From Hydrolagus affinis (Eukaryota): DNA of 64,000 nt. The notes below the pieces were generated by a model. The model was given only the letters and a program-made list of their open reading frames with translations. It searched no databases and was not told the DNA's origin. The translations under genes and the position numbers were made by a program. The stretch spans positions 124,001 to 188,000 of the forward strand of contig JAAILG010000033.1 in NCBI GenBank assembly GCA_012026655.1, in the 5' to 3' direction. Below, piece after piece: positions 26,431 to 39,636 of this stretch (its first letter is position 1; each line of letters begins with the position of its first letter).

Positions 26431-29196
26431 AGGTTTAAAGAGAATGAATGTGCTGTTGGTTGAGTGAACATTCTAACAATTACCAAAAATATCTTTTCAT
26501 ACACTTTGACCAAACTCATCCTCTCTGAAGACAATGCCCTCCAATCTCCCACTGAAGGGAAATAAGTAACAAAACTTTGTGGAAAATTACCAGGTGATCA
26601 ATTGAAGTGAAATCAGATTTTCCCTCTGTGCAAACTACTTGTGGGCATAAATCATAGGAGGGAGAAGTTATAAAGTGAAGGCTGCCAACAATACACAAAC
26701 TGAATAGACTTCAGTTGGTAAATTATTCCGATTGGAATGCGAGAGTAGGAATGCCACTTAGTTCATGGGAACGCTTATGGGTTTGGAACCAGGATCAATG
26801 CAACAGACTGGAGATATTCCATGAGATCGAAAGAGACATATAAAATCTAATAACAAAACTGCAGATCTCTGTGGAAACTCGATGTGAACCTAGCTTGCAA
26901 TAAAATTTAATTCCAATGATGGACATTAGCCATTAGACATAAACAAAGCCATTGTTTCTCTTGCCCGGGGTATCACGCTGGATCATTTTGCTGCAAATCC
27001 CTAACAGAGATTGCAAGCAAATAACAGTCAAAATGTTGCAAACGGTCTTCAACCAATTCTACATGTCTGTTAGATAAAACCATAAGCTTCCTCTCTGTCT
27101 CCTTTGCTAAAGTAACCCGAAACAACTTGCCTAACAACCATCGACCACAAGATGGGAACTCAGCCTGGAAAGAAAATATTCAAGTGAGTTGGAAAATAAA
27201 ACCTGCTGTTTTAACCAGAGGAAATGAATGCCAGAAGGGAATAAAATACACTCTGTGGTACAGAAGAGAAGCTACTCAAAAAGGGTGGGTTTGGGGGTGG
27301 GAGGGAGGGAGGTGGGAGAGTAGGGAATTATTACAGGCAGAAGAAAGCAGAAGCTAAAAGAAAGAAGAATGGAAATGGAGGGGTAATCTCATGGGAGAAG
27401 GGTTGGATGTCTTCAGGTATTATTATCTCTACACAACTCACAATCTCTTTCATTCTCCCCCAGAATACCTTATTTATTGAACATTCCAGGGAGGAAGCAC
27501 TGATAGATTGCGTGTCAGGTGGACACATAGGAACACAGGAATTGCACCTGAAAAAAGACCAATGTCTTTCTATTTCACCTTCTCATAACCTGGTAGGCAC
27601 ATACTACAATAATAGCGGAGATGTGGACTGATCATAGCAATTAATCGCTGTCAATGAATCTACAACGAGTAAAACTTGCCAGTGGTAGTAGACATATGTG
27701 CTGTTGTATTGTTGTTGTTTGCTCCCAGTTATTTACGCTCGCCAGCCCCCAGCCCCCACCCCCACTATTCAAAACTGATGCAGTGACAGTAGTCAAAAGA
27801 AAGTAACAAAAAGTGGGTTTCTGTGTCAATGATTGGAGTCAAACACATATGCAATTGGTTGTACAGCTAAAAGTTTAATAAAATACAAATCAGGAAGCTT
27901 TGTCAAGCTTCATTTGGGTGGCCAAGAAGTTTTAAAGCACTATTTGGGGGGAATTATTGGCAAATTAAGTATTATATAAATGTAATAATAATCCTTGCAT
28001 TTGATATAGCACTATTTCATATCTTTGAGGTGTCTGAACGCGCTTCACAGAATCCACTGTAAAGTGTAGTGACTATTTATTTTGTTGGCAAAACGCAAAA
28101 ACAGTATTCACGAAATGGAAAATTTAGGATGACGTGTTGAACTGGTCAAACAGATGTCATCATTTGGTATCTCCTACATAGAGCTACTGGTTTGGTTCCC
28201 AACCAAGGAGCTACAAGCTTAACATGAGACCTGACCGATGTTTGATCTCAAATCCCTTGAACAAATGAGTTTCATAGTTCTCATTCAACCCACAACACAC
28301 CACTGCATTCACACAGAATTGACAATGTTTAGTTTCTTTGTCACATTTAAAGGTTTTGTCATTCAAAATAAAAAATACTTGATCTCATTAATGAATGGGT
28401 CAGAGCATATTTACAGGTTTAAAATACAATCAATGCTAATAAATATATAATTGAATAGGAGAAAATGACTTGACTTGAAGTGAAGGAAGCCTCCAGCAAA
28501 GAAAAAGTGTTCCTCAATATCTGTGACTTTCCAACAATGCCAAATGAATAAAGGAGGAAAATACAAAACCAAAACGTATATTGTTTTAAGATTTGTGCGG
28601 AGTAAATATTCTGATTTGTAATACATATTCTCCACTGTTGTGCCATTATAGCACAGTAGAACAATGTCAAATGTATTTATCTACATGACAGTGTTGTTTT
28701 TTTTGCTATTTCGATAATAAAACAGCAGGACTGAATGTTCGTGATGGGAAATCTGACTAATTACCTGTGGGATGATAGATTACTCTAACTCAGTAGTGCC
28801 AGTCATAAGGAACAAAGCATTCACAGATATCAATCAATCCTTTGACAGATTAAATTTCCAGCACATTGAAATGACCAATAAATGCGTGTGTGCATGTTGC
28901 CCTGTTAAGTACTCGGTAATGTTCAGTAATGTCCCATCATTCTTTTTAATTAAGCCTCCCTCCAAACACTAACAGTTCAGCACTGTGTTTTAATGTGCAA
29001 GTCCAGCTACTGCACTCATTTCAGTAATTGTTGCTCAACATCATTTAATTTGTCTGTGTACAAATTTGTAAGGTCCACTCATATCTAAAAGTCTCGAATG
29101 AGTTACTTACTTTTCATCCAACTCTGTTTGTTGAATGGAATATGATTTTGCAGTTGGATTCAAGGGTTATGATGAATTGCAGATTTAAATGATTTA

Positions 29197-29509
29197 ATAA
29201 TAATAATTCTTGCATTTTGGTATAGCGCTTTCACATCTTCTAGATGGCTCAAAGTGTTTCGCAGAATATGCTGTAAAGTGAATTGATTATCTACAGTATT
29301 TGTGGGTGAAATACGGCAGGCAACTGCGCACATCAGTGGCTCAATAACAATCGTAGATTGAAATTACCAATTTACCATTGTTTTTCTTTCTCAAAGGATT
29401 ATTATTAGGCATGTGGAGTAAGGAAACTTGTCCATGGTTTTATTCTACATGGATTTGAACCCCTCTTGCTTGTAAGACGAATGCTCTAATCACTGAGCTA
29501 CAGGTCTCC
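29197..29509 (-). mobile_element. tRNA-SINE, short form, full length
   Basis: Colinear with 25085-25381. Confidence 0.9.
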
Positions 29510-30064
29510 ACATTCGAGCAACTTCCAAAATTTGTTCAATAAGAGACTTATCAATGAAGTCATAGCTTGTTCCTTTTTCTCTAACATAGGAGTATAGGAA
29601 ATTGACTACCAGAAGTCTTTGCAATTCATCTGGCCAGTTTCAAACTCAGATATAATGCTCTTCATGGTGGTAAATGTAGTAATAATCCTTGCATTTGATA
29701 CAGCACACTACATTGTTGCGACAGGATATACAATAAAGTTTAGTGATTATGTTTTTTTTTGGTGAAAATGTAGAAGTAGCTCACTTTCACAATATATCCT
29801 TATAATAGGACTTTATATATTCACTTTATATAATGGAACTGGCTCTCAAAATCTTGATTATTTTAGACCAGGCAATACATATATAATACAGATAGAAGGG
29901 GAAAAAAATTGACATGAGCAAAGGTGCAAATTGTTGGGTGGGGGAAGAAAGGTCAAATACTTAGATTAGTTAAAAACTAATGAAGATCCTTCAAAAAACT
30001 ATCTCCAAGATTCTTTTTGAACGTCACAACAGTGTCAGCACGTTCACACAACTCACACTTAGAT

Positions 30065-30232
30065 AAAAACGTAAAACACTGCCGATGCTGGAAATCTGAA
30101 ACAAAAACAGAAATTGCTGGGAACACTCGGAGGGTCAGGCAGCATCTTTGGGGAAAGGGAAAGTGAGTCAACCAAGTTCTGACAAAGTGACGTGGATCCG
30201 AAATGTTGACTCACTTTTCCTTCCCCCATAGA
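30065..30232. mobile_element. Penelope-type inverted terminal structure
   Basis: gatgctggaaatctgaaacaaaaacagaaattgctgg motif; 28-bp inverted arms 30145-30172 and 30205-30232 (25/28 match). Confidence 0.7.
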
Positions 30233-31758
30233 GACTCAGAAATCCAATAGAGATTCAGCACACCCCCTCCATAGTTTAAGGATTCATTGGATTTACCCTT
30301 CCCAAGATCCTTGCCTCCAGCCTCAGGAAACCTGCATTTCATCTTACAGTATATTTATGGGAAACAGTTCAAGATGTTTCAATGACACGATAAGGCGCTA
30401 TATCAAATGCAACGATTAGTATTATTATTAATATCATCACTCCCACAATCCACCCATCTGTTTTAAACTAAATCGCTCATCAGTAATGTAATCTTACAGC
30501 TTTCCCTCAATCAGTACAGAGAGGAAAATAGTGTGCTTAGTAACCATATTTATGACTTATTTAGTTAAGAGTGTTTTTCAGGTTTGACCTCGGAAATATC
30601 AAACTAAATGATTAAGCAACGCATGAGCAAAATAATGTTGTGAAGACAGACTGCTCTAACCAATGAGCTAAAGGAGTCCACAGCATCAGTACATGTTCAG
30701 TATACAACAACAAAATTACATTTACAGAGTTCTTGGGAGGACGTCCCAAGGCGCCGATCAGTCAGGGGTCAGTATGCTTCAGTATAAGGCATTCAGTGTA
30801 ATGCATTATATAGATCCTTCATCAGTAATGAAGTTCAACTTCTGCGGCTCACCATTTGAACGAGATTGCCTTACCTTGGGTTACTTCTCAGGTCACTAAA
30901 CATTTTCCAGACAATGCTAATTGTGTCAGAGACAAAACTCACCTTGATGCTGAGCTGCCACAGAGAACAGCCCTGTTTCTCTGCATCGTTTCACACCTCA
31001 ACCCCACTGGAGTTTACTTGAATGTTGCATCTGTAACAAGTCAGTTTTTTTTGAACTGGTGTAAATTCAGAATTACTGAGGCCAAAATATTATTGTCTCC
31101 TCAAAAACATTCTGAAATCCACCACAAAAGTAGGAGAATAGATTTGAATGTGATGTCCCAACCACCCTCCCTCCACCCCTTTCTCCCCGGGAATTAATCC
31201 CAGTGTCCTAATTTCTGGTGATAATACTTTCAATGATGTCGCCAAAGCGATAGGATTGGCTATGATTAAAATTCACCAGGGTTAATAGTGAATGAGGAAA
31301 ATATGATTTCATTTACAACTATATGCTGGAACTATTCTTTTAATACGAATGTAATATGCATATTTTAATATGAAATTGTTTACCTTACATTTTACAGCGC
31401 CAATTCTATTTTGCAACACATAATTACAAAATTATCATATTAATACACTCCCCGTGGCTATATTATTTCACACTTTGTTATCATGTAACTCGTCTAATGT
31501 GATCAAAAGCTGAGCACCTTCAAAGCCTATTTCAGAGAAGCAGTGTGAAGTGAAGAATGCCAGACACAAATTTAAAATCATAGTTATATCAAAGAGTGAC
31601 CAGTCCTAGGTAAGTCGATATATTTTCATCAAATGGTGTATTCCAAAGAACTCCCATGAAACTTCAACACAGAAGAAAAAAAACAATTCTGCGTTCTGAG
31701 TTTCATTTAGTTATCAAAGTAATGTAGATTTTGTCACTGGTGATTTTGCAAAAGAATA

Positions 31759-32067
31759 TAATAACAACAATAATCCTTGCATTTGATACAGCACTTTTCA
31801 CATCTTTTAGACATCTTAAAGTGCTTCATAATGTACTATAAAGTGAATTGACTGTATATTTGTGGGCGAAACACGGCTGCCAATTGCACACAGCGGTGCC
31901 CACAAACAGTCGTGGATTGAAATGACCACATCTTTTTTTTTGAGGGATTATTGTTAGGTGTGCGGAGTAAGGAAACTTGCTTAAGGTTTCGCCCTGATCT
32001 GCCCGGAATTCATCCCAGGTCTCTCGTTTATAAGGCGAGTGCTTTAACCACTGAACTACAGGACTCC
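31759..32067 (-). mobile_element. tRNA-SINE, short form, full length
   Basis: Head ends ctgaactacaggactcc; tail aataatccttgcatttgata. Confidence 0.95.
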
Positions 32068-32844
32068 ATAGGCTGTGTGCCACATTGGGGCTTTGAGCTC
32101 ACACTCTAGGCTGGCACTCTAGTGTAGTACAGTACTTATTAAATCCAATCAAAACTTTTTAGTTATAGGCATTGCTACTGCAACAGCTTTCCTGGAAATA
32201 GCAATATAATAATCTTTGCATTTGATATTGCAGTTTTCATGTTCTAGAGACGTATCAAAGACCTTCACAGGATATACTTTAAAGTGGTATTGACGGTATT
32301 TTGTGCACGAAAGAGCAGACACAACTAACAAACTCCTTCTGAATGGTTATTACCATTTGTCAATGGCTGGAATGACTTAGTAATTTTGGTACTCAAGACA
32401 AATCACAGGCTCTTTCAAAAAAAAGAGCTTGTTGCTGTTAATGGGAAGAGATGAAGTCAGTATTCTGGAAGGATGAGATTAAATGGCCAAAGGGCCTTCA
32501 CCACAATTTACCTCCAGTTTTAGTTCAGAAAGTGGAGATATGTATTATTATAGCTCAAATGATTAATAATATTTATAAAATAATGAAGAATGACTGGTGA
32601 CTGGAGAATTTATTAGCAACTTTTTTTTTACAAAATTATTCTCCTGGTCTGACCAAAGTAAGTGACTTTATTTCTATGTTATAGAAATTTACAAACAACA
32701 TTTAGGGATTTATTCGATGGGTCCGTATAAAACCCATTGATAAAAGCAAGTAAAGAAAAAACAGCTTTGATTTGTTTTGGTCAATATGGATGAGGAAGGA
32801 ATATTGTCTGAGATGCCATGAAGCCTGATGTTTTTGAACTATCA

Positions 32845-33048
32845 CTTTGGGATCATTAAAATCCGCCGTAACAGCCAGACAAGACTTTAATTTAACATCT
32901 CATTCACAAGGGCAACATCACATCAATACAGCCCTCTCCGTCAGTATTTCATTGGGAGTGTCAGTCTGCATGATGAGCTCAAGCTCTGATCTGGGGCTTG
33001 AAACCACAACCTTCTGACCCAGACACGAAAGAACTACTGACTGAGCCA
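32845..33048 (-). mobile_element. Deu-domain SINE 5' half
   Basis: tttaacatctcattc...ggggcttgaaaccacaaccttctgac...ctactgactgagcca. Confidence 0.7.
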
Positions 33049-33959
33049 AAATAACGCAGATTTCCTCTTGGGAGCCAGACTCTAAGTTAGAAGCTGGATA
33101 TAAAATGAGTTTCTACCAATGAACCATGTTATGGGTTGAAGCTCAGTTTTAACCTGCTTCCCATGCCGAATCCTTTATATATTTGGTTACAAACAGATAC
33201 TTTCCACAGAAATATAGATGCCACAAAACAAGCAACTTTTCGAAAGATTAACTTGTTTTCTTGAAATGAAAGGTAACTGTTGATCATTCATCCCACTGGG
33301 AAGCATTGTTTAGGTTAATTATCTGTTGTGTGAGGTAGACCTTTCATGCATTAATGGTGTAATTCACATGAATTGACAATTACGTATGAGAAACTCTTGG
33401 TACAGTAGTTTGGTTTGGATGCTATTATCCATGGTGGGTCACACAAAAAACGGTTTAATCAAGAACACCAGTAAAATGCACAAGTTAAGATATCATTCTC
33501 CAAGTTGGAAGATGAGGGATGTCAGGTTAAATGACTATCAGTGCCAAGCCCAATACATCCCTCGCCCAATATTTAACCCATGTATTTTCATCACTGTATA
33601 AAGATTGGGACGACAGATCGAGTCAGGTTTGGAAATTGTTCTGCAGAACTGCAGCAATGCATTCAATGCCAATATTCCAGATTGAAAACATCATTGTAAA
33701 CACTTAATTTACAAATTTCTATACAGTATATTGTCCATTTGAAAAAATGAAGTAATACCAATATACTAAAGTGCTTTTTCCCACATCCAGCCTCTATGAT
33801 TCACACATAATCTAAAGGAATAAATTTGCATTCAAATGGATTGATTAGTATAGATTTAGATCGAAAGTTCATCACCATTTTGGAATGGATTTGCAATGGA
33901 ACAATGAGTGATATCCATAAGTCTTATTTCTGGTGCAATTCAATGGTCAATGATAATTC

Positions 33960-34125
33960 TCTCCCCTCCCCTCTTTCAAAGTCTGTCCAAGACATACGTC
34001 TTTGGCCGCACTTTTAGGCATCATCTTTCTCCTCCCTACTCCTTTCAGCTCGGATGCCAGACCAGTGTCAAGTATGTAGACATGTCTTCCCGACTTGAAA
34101 AACACAATAGAAATATAAACTATAT
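33960..34125 (+). mobile_element. Degraded L2 3' end
   Basis: ttcaaagtctgtccaagacatacgtcttt (FK..KTYVF) and cttcccgacttgaaaaacacaatagaaatataa tail. Confidence 0.65.
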
Positions 34126-35189
34126 TCTATTTGCTGATGGCTGGGCTTGTCCACCTATCCGCTGAACTATTCTCAAATGCTCAATACAGTAATTGTACAA
34201 ATGGATTAATACTGATACTATCTGAATACTGATGTGCACAAATTCTGATACTCTACCCCAACCTGATTAGTAACACAACTCCCATTTTTTCTAGTATTTG
34301 GTGACCATGTGTACGTCCTTCCTAACTTGTAACACTGAGTAATACTGGATTAGACTATCCCCTACCTGTGACATAACACTGCTATTCCTGTTATCTTTCA
34401 GTGTGGTGCCTCATGCCTTATGCCTTTCTGAAAACATCTGTCTAACCGTGTGAACTCTATCACATTGAGCAACACCTCAAGGATGGATCCCTCAATTTTT
34501 AGGAGGGTTTTTGTTTGCTGTTGCCTGATCTCTTTATATGCATTTTCAAATCATTTAGGTACAAAAAATACTTTTCTTTGTGTATATTAGATGTCCTGAT
34601 AACAGGGTGCAGCTGGAGGGCGACTGTAACGAGGCCAGATGTCGCCCAGATTTTTTTACCCGGGAGCCCAGAGGGACGTGGAGAAATGATACACAGGTCA
34701 GCCACTACATTTGGTTGTAAACGTCCACGTACTCAAAACTGTGACAAGCAAATTATAAAGGCAGAGGATAAGTGTGTGCAATAGTTTCTAACAGAATTAT
34801 TGTACAATGGCTGCAGTTTGTGCAAATAATGTCACAGCTTGGGGCTTTGAAATTGAACATATAGAACAGCAGATGGCTGAATGTTACACTTCCTTCCTTC
34901 AAATACACTCCCTGCCATCTGTTATTTTATATAATATTATATATATATATAATATACACATACACATACAGTAATGGTTTGGTTTTGTGGTTAAATGTAA
35001 AGAATGAGGGAAACGATCAGGATTTCGCTCAAAAATCAAACAGTTGAAAAGAAATTAGGACTAACTTTAACATCCTCAGTTATTTTTATCCCTTGCTTAA
35101 ACGATGCTGTTTAAATAAGCAAGTATAGATGTCTTCACGGAAAGGACCAGCTTGGGGAAGCTACTAAGTATCACAGGGAAGGCAAATCT

Positions 35190-35330
35190 CACACACACAC
35201 ACACTCATATACATATACATGCACGCATACACCTGCACACACACACATCTGTGCACGCACGCACACACATACACACACACAAAACTGCAGATGCACAAGC
35301 ATCCACACATACACACTCATATTAACACAC
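35190..35330. repeat. Degenerate (CA)n microsatellite
   Basis: Directly visible. Confidence 0.9.
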
Positions 35331-36109
35331 AAGAAGAGTTGATGATATAATAGCGCTGGCTCAATTCATCTCCTTCATGGTGTAGCTCAGGAAGCTACAC
35401 GAAGCAGTACCTCAAATGGAGGCATCGCCACCCTAAATAGGTCAATCAATAATGAAGGGCTTCAAGAGATGGACAGATGAAAATGCCTGTTATAGTCGAT
35501 CGTGTGTCTTTGCATTTGATGTGTAAATCTTGTGTAAAGACTCCTTGTTTAAGCCCATTATGAATATGCCGTTCGATGTAAGATAGTTTTAAATGTGCTG
35601 CCTAAAATTATGACAAATTTCTTCCAGTTGATCAATCAACCCACCTAAAGTTTTTTTCATTTATATAATATATACAGTATATATATACACAAACATAAAC
35701 TGCAACACAAGATAACTGCAAATTATGTAAAAAAAAACAGAAATATATAGGCATAGTGCACTTGAACTCACTTGCACCAGTATTTAAAAACCTAAACTGG
35801 TGGCAGTCACATCTAATTACTATCAAGGTAGCTTTCCCATTAACTTCTCATTTATGGGTTGAATGCACAATACTAATGGGGTCACTACCTGAGTTCATTA
35901 ATTGAAATCACACTCGTGATGGATCATGCGCCCTCTTTTAATGACATATGTCAAAGGATTTTACATCATATTGTAACAGCATGCCGTGACTCATAATTGT
36001 GCTCCACATACTCCCAGACGAAACATTACACTTTGGGGGGGAAAAAAAATTACAATTATATTTTAACGTTCAGGGTCAATTTTCTCTGGAACGCAGACAC
36101 AGACGGAGA

Positions 36110-36183
36110 GAGGGGGGGGGTGGGGGGGGGTGTGAGAGGAGATGTGGGTGGGAGGGGGGGGGGAGGTGGGTGGTGAGGAGGGC
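36110..36183. repeat. G-rich tract
   Basis: Several runs of 8-10 G. Confidence 0.85.
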
Positions 36184-36815
36184 AGTATTTGTTTCGGTCA
36201 AGGCTTGCTGAAGGATGTTCAGTGATTTGCTGCCCTTTCAGTATCCACTGATGGAGGTTTGCACTTGAGGTGAGGAGTCGCTAGGGGTGATCAAATCCTG
36301 CATCCGTTTGATTGGGAAATCAAGGGGATTTTGTATTGTGGACGAAGAGACCCCTTTGAGTAACTGCTCAATTGTGTGCATCACCCGGTTTGACCTCTCT
36401 TTGTACTCAGTCTCATGACCCCATAAAGCAGCAAACAATACATTATCACGGCTGATTTTACTTCCCTCCAAAAAATATCACTGAAGAAATAAGTCAAGGT
36501 GCGCATTTTTGCACCCATCCTTTACATGTACATGCAATAAAATGTGCACCAAGCAGGTTATACTCTTAAGAACTTCATTATAAGATGGCTGGGGGGAGCT
36601 AATATATTTGCACATAGATGCCCAGAATAAGATGCGCTCGGAAATGCACTTGCAAAAAATTGGACTTTTAAAGTACTGTCCATTCATAGAATCACAGAAC
36701 TTTACACCATAAGCAGGCCGTCAAATTAGTTTTTGTCCACATGGGCTAACTACTCAAATCCTACTTTTCCTCCCAAGCTCCCAATACTGCAACTGCAAAT
36801 TTAAATAATTTATAT

Positions 36816-36875
36816 AAGCCCTCTGAGACACCGTCCGGCATGGAGAGCGCTATATAAATCAAAGTTGTTGTTGTT
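36816..36875 (+). mobile_element. ~60-bp hairpin mini-retroposon
   Basis: aagccctctgagacaccgtccggcatggagagcgctatataaatcaaagttgttgttgtt; no clear TSD. Confidence 0.85.
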
Positions 36876-37279
36876 ATAATGCCACTCACGCAGTCTAGCA
36901 TCTCAGAGAAACCCTACCCTTTAGGCAGTATTCCTCTTTTTTTTCAGGCATTTAGCTAATTTTCTTTATTGTGTTTGTGTAATTAATTTTGGAAGCTACA
37001 TCTGAAAATGTAGCTTCCTTCATTCTGAAAATAAAACGAAATAATTAAATAGCGATAAGTGCATAAAATGTAGTGAAAACGCGCTTTCACATTTACATTC
37101 TCTTAACTAAAGTGCTAACCAATTCTGCAACAGAATTTTCACATGAAAGAACACATATTACAATAAATTGGAAGTGTGTGTTAAAGTGATTGTTGGGAAT
37201 GGAGAAGCTCTCAACTAATAATTTGGAATTTACACTTTGAATATGCACAAAATGCTTTGAGACGTGTTGGTAATGTGTT

Positions 37280-37585
37280 AAAATCCTTGCATTTTTGATA
37301 TAGCTCTTTTCACGTCTTCTAGACATCGCAAAGCACTTCACAGAATATACTGTAAACTGAATTGACTGTATATTTGTGGGCGAAACGTTAAGGGGCTATA
37401 CCAAATGCTAGGATTATCATTATTGTTTGGGGATTTTAAAATCCTGTACATTCCTAGAATCACAGAATATTACAGCATAATCAAGCTTGCCTAAGAAATA
37501 CACTTTACAGTATATCCTGTGAAGTTCTTCAAGACATCCTCATGACATGAAAGACGCTACATCGAATGTAAGGATCATCATTACT
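37280..37585. mobile_element. Cluster of SINE tails in opposite orientations
   Basis: Reverse tail ~37280-37387; forward tails ~37393-37425 and ~37495-37585. Confidence 0.8.
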
Positions 37586-38375
37586 ATAATCAGGCTGAGA
37601 ATCAGCGTCACATCACCACCACACGTACACCATCATTCATGAAGAATTTGAAGTTGATTAATGTGCTAACATGTTCAAAGCAAATAAGCCTGATCAAAAA
37701 TAAATATGGGATCAGAACTTTACTTTCAGCTTGTAAAAAAGCATTTTGAGTAACAGTCGTTTCAAAGAGTTGCTTTGTTTTGGCATTAACTCTGAACTTG
37801 TGTGTACATTAACCTCTTACCTCTGGAACCCAGGCCTTCATTTGAATCCAACTGGGTTGATTGACTGAACATCTCTCCTATGCCTAATGGCTATATAAGT
37901 TTGGGCAATTTAGCTAGTTTTTATTGAGCGTGGGCCAACAGCTCTAATCTGGCCTGAAACTGTAATCTAATTTTAAAAGCAGTTTAATGCCGTGATGGGG
38001 GGATGGCTGGTTTGGTTTTCAGGAGAAATGAGATCCAGTTTTTATTTTCTGGATGAAAATGGCTCCAATAGCTCTACCCTGGTGGAGTATAGGGAGCTCT
38101 TCTGCTGAAATTGGAAACAAAAATGCTTTGGGAGCCAGCTTCCAGTTACTGTTCTAGGGCCTTTAACAGAGACAAACAACCTATGAACAATTGGGAACAC
38201 GGCGGGTTTCTGCGAGGCGCTGTGACACCCTCCATTCGTGAAGCTAAGCCACCCAATGAGAGCTCAACCGCAATTATTACAGATTAGCTATTTAACAAGG
38301 AGGAAATTAACCTCTTGACCCTGAGGAGGAATGAACTGTTCGCCAACTTCGGAACTGTGGCTCAAAACTCATTGC

Positions 38376-38622
38376 AAAAGGCCTTGTTTCAATAACACTG
38401 AAGTGTGAATCATTGTTCCGAGATATAGTGGCAAGGACGCAGGCAATATTTGGCTTAGCCATGAGTGCTTCCCCACCCCCCCAACCCCTACTTGCATTTA
38501 TCAGAAAACAAATCTGGAGAGAGATCACCAATAGGGTCAAGGCATTGTCCATGGTCTGTACAGCCCAGCAGGAGCACAGGAAATGTTTCCATGACATGAA
38601 GAAAGCAACAAGACGGAAACTG
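38376..38622 (+). pseudogene. Myb/SANT-like DNA-binding ORF remnant (Harbinger accessory gene, NAIF1-like)
   Basis: KRPCFNNTEV /frameshift at 38406/ ESLFRDIVARTQAIFG...IWREITNRVKALSMVCTAQQEHRKCFHDMKKATRRKL fits the F..E...L..W..I...VNA.....R.....RK.W.D.K pattern. Confidence 0.75.
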
Positions 38623-39077
38623 GTCATCAGCTGCTGCCTGGCAAAGAGTCGTGGGCCACTCATACTAAAGGTTTCTCACACAAGCCTGGAGAAGCCTAGA
38701 GAGTCTTTAGCACAGAGAGTCTGAGGCCAAGAAAGCCTTCACACTTTTAGTCGTGAGACCATTGTCCATTAAGACCATTGATTATTCTTAAATTCAGTCT
38801 CGATAAAGAAGCCAGTTGTCTTCAGTCATTAAAAATGACTGTACACAAAACCAGCATCCAAATTAAAATGCATTTTCTGAACTTTACAAAATGCTAGCAT
38901 TTTAAGTCAATGATATTTAAAGCTAAGAATGTCACAAAAATGTGGGGTTCGGGTGGGTGGTGGGGGGTGGGGACTGAGGCTGAACCAATCAATCCAATAC
39001 TTGTAATGTTGTTTGCAACAATTTAACCAATATGAAGTTTAACCCAAGAATTATAAACATGCCATTATATATAATAT

Positions 39078-39388
39078 GGAGTCCTGTAGCTCGGTGGTTA
39101 GAGCACTTGCCTCGCAAGTGAGAAACCTGGGTTCAGTTTTCGACAGGACAAAATCTTGGGCAAGTTTCCTTCTTCCACATGCCTAATAATAATCCATCAA
39201 GAGAAACCCCCCAATAATAAATTGGTCATTTCAATCCATTGTTTGTGGAACACCGCTATGTGCAATTAGCTGCTGCATTTCGCCCACAATTATACAGTCA
39301 ACTCACTTTACAGTACATTCTGTGAAGCGCCTTGAGAAGTCGATAAGATGTGAAAAGCGCTATATCAAATCCAAGCATTATTATTATT
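39078..39388 (+). mobile_element. tRNA-SINE, short form, full length
   Basis: ggagtcctgtagctcggtggttagagcac head through gcgctatatcaaatccaagcattattatt. Confidence 0.95.
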
Positions 39389-39636
39389 TGTTGCCCTATA
39401 AATACACAGCTATTTTTCATCTCTACAGAAGAGCCTAGATAAGGTACTTTGAAACACACAGAAAGGTTTAAATACATTTATGTGTTCTGCTTAATCCTTA
39501 GCTTCCGGGAGTAAGTTCTGCATTTGCACTACCCTCTGTGTTGAGAAGTTGATCCTATCATATCAGAGTACCATTTTGTCAGTACAGTACCCATTAAACA
39601 ACAAGTGTATAGATTTTTTATTGCTCAATGACATGT

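Larger units (their letters stand above)
34590..36480. promoter_or_regulatory. Candidate cluster of conserved enhancers
   Basis: ~2 kb without interspersed repeats; TGATTGAT (minus, 35631-35638), TGATGGAT (35917-35924), palindrome TGACATATGTCA (35942-35953), TGACTCA (35987-35993), TGACCT/TGACCC half-sites near 36390-36422. Confidence 0.35.

Noticed and set aside
27464-27592. 129-nt phase-0 exon-like segment (NTLFIEHSREE...)
   Set aside because: Splice signals are plausible, but there is no recognisable homology; compatible with chance.
35380-35400. 8-bp hairpin GTGTAGCT/AGCTACAC (also GGGCGAC/GTCGCCC at ~34618-34647)
   Set aside because: Stems this short are expected by chance in 64 kb.
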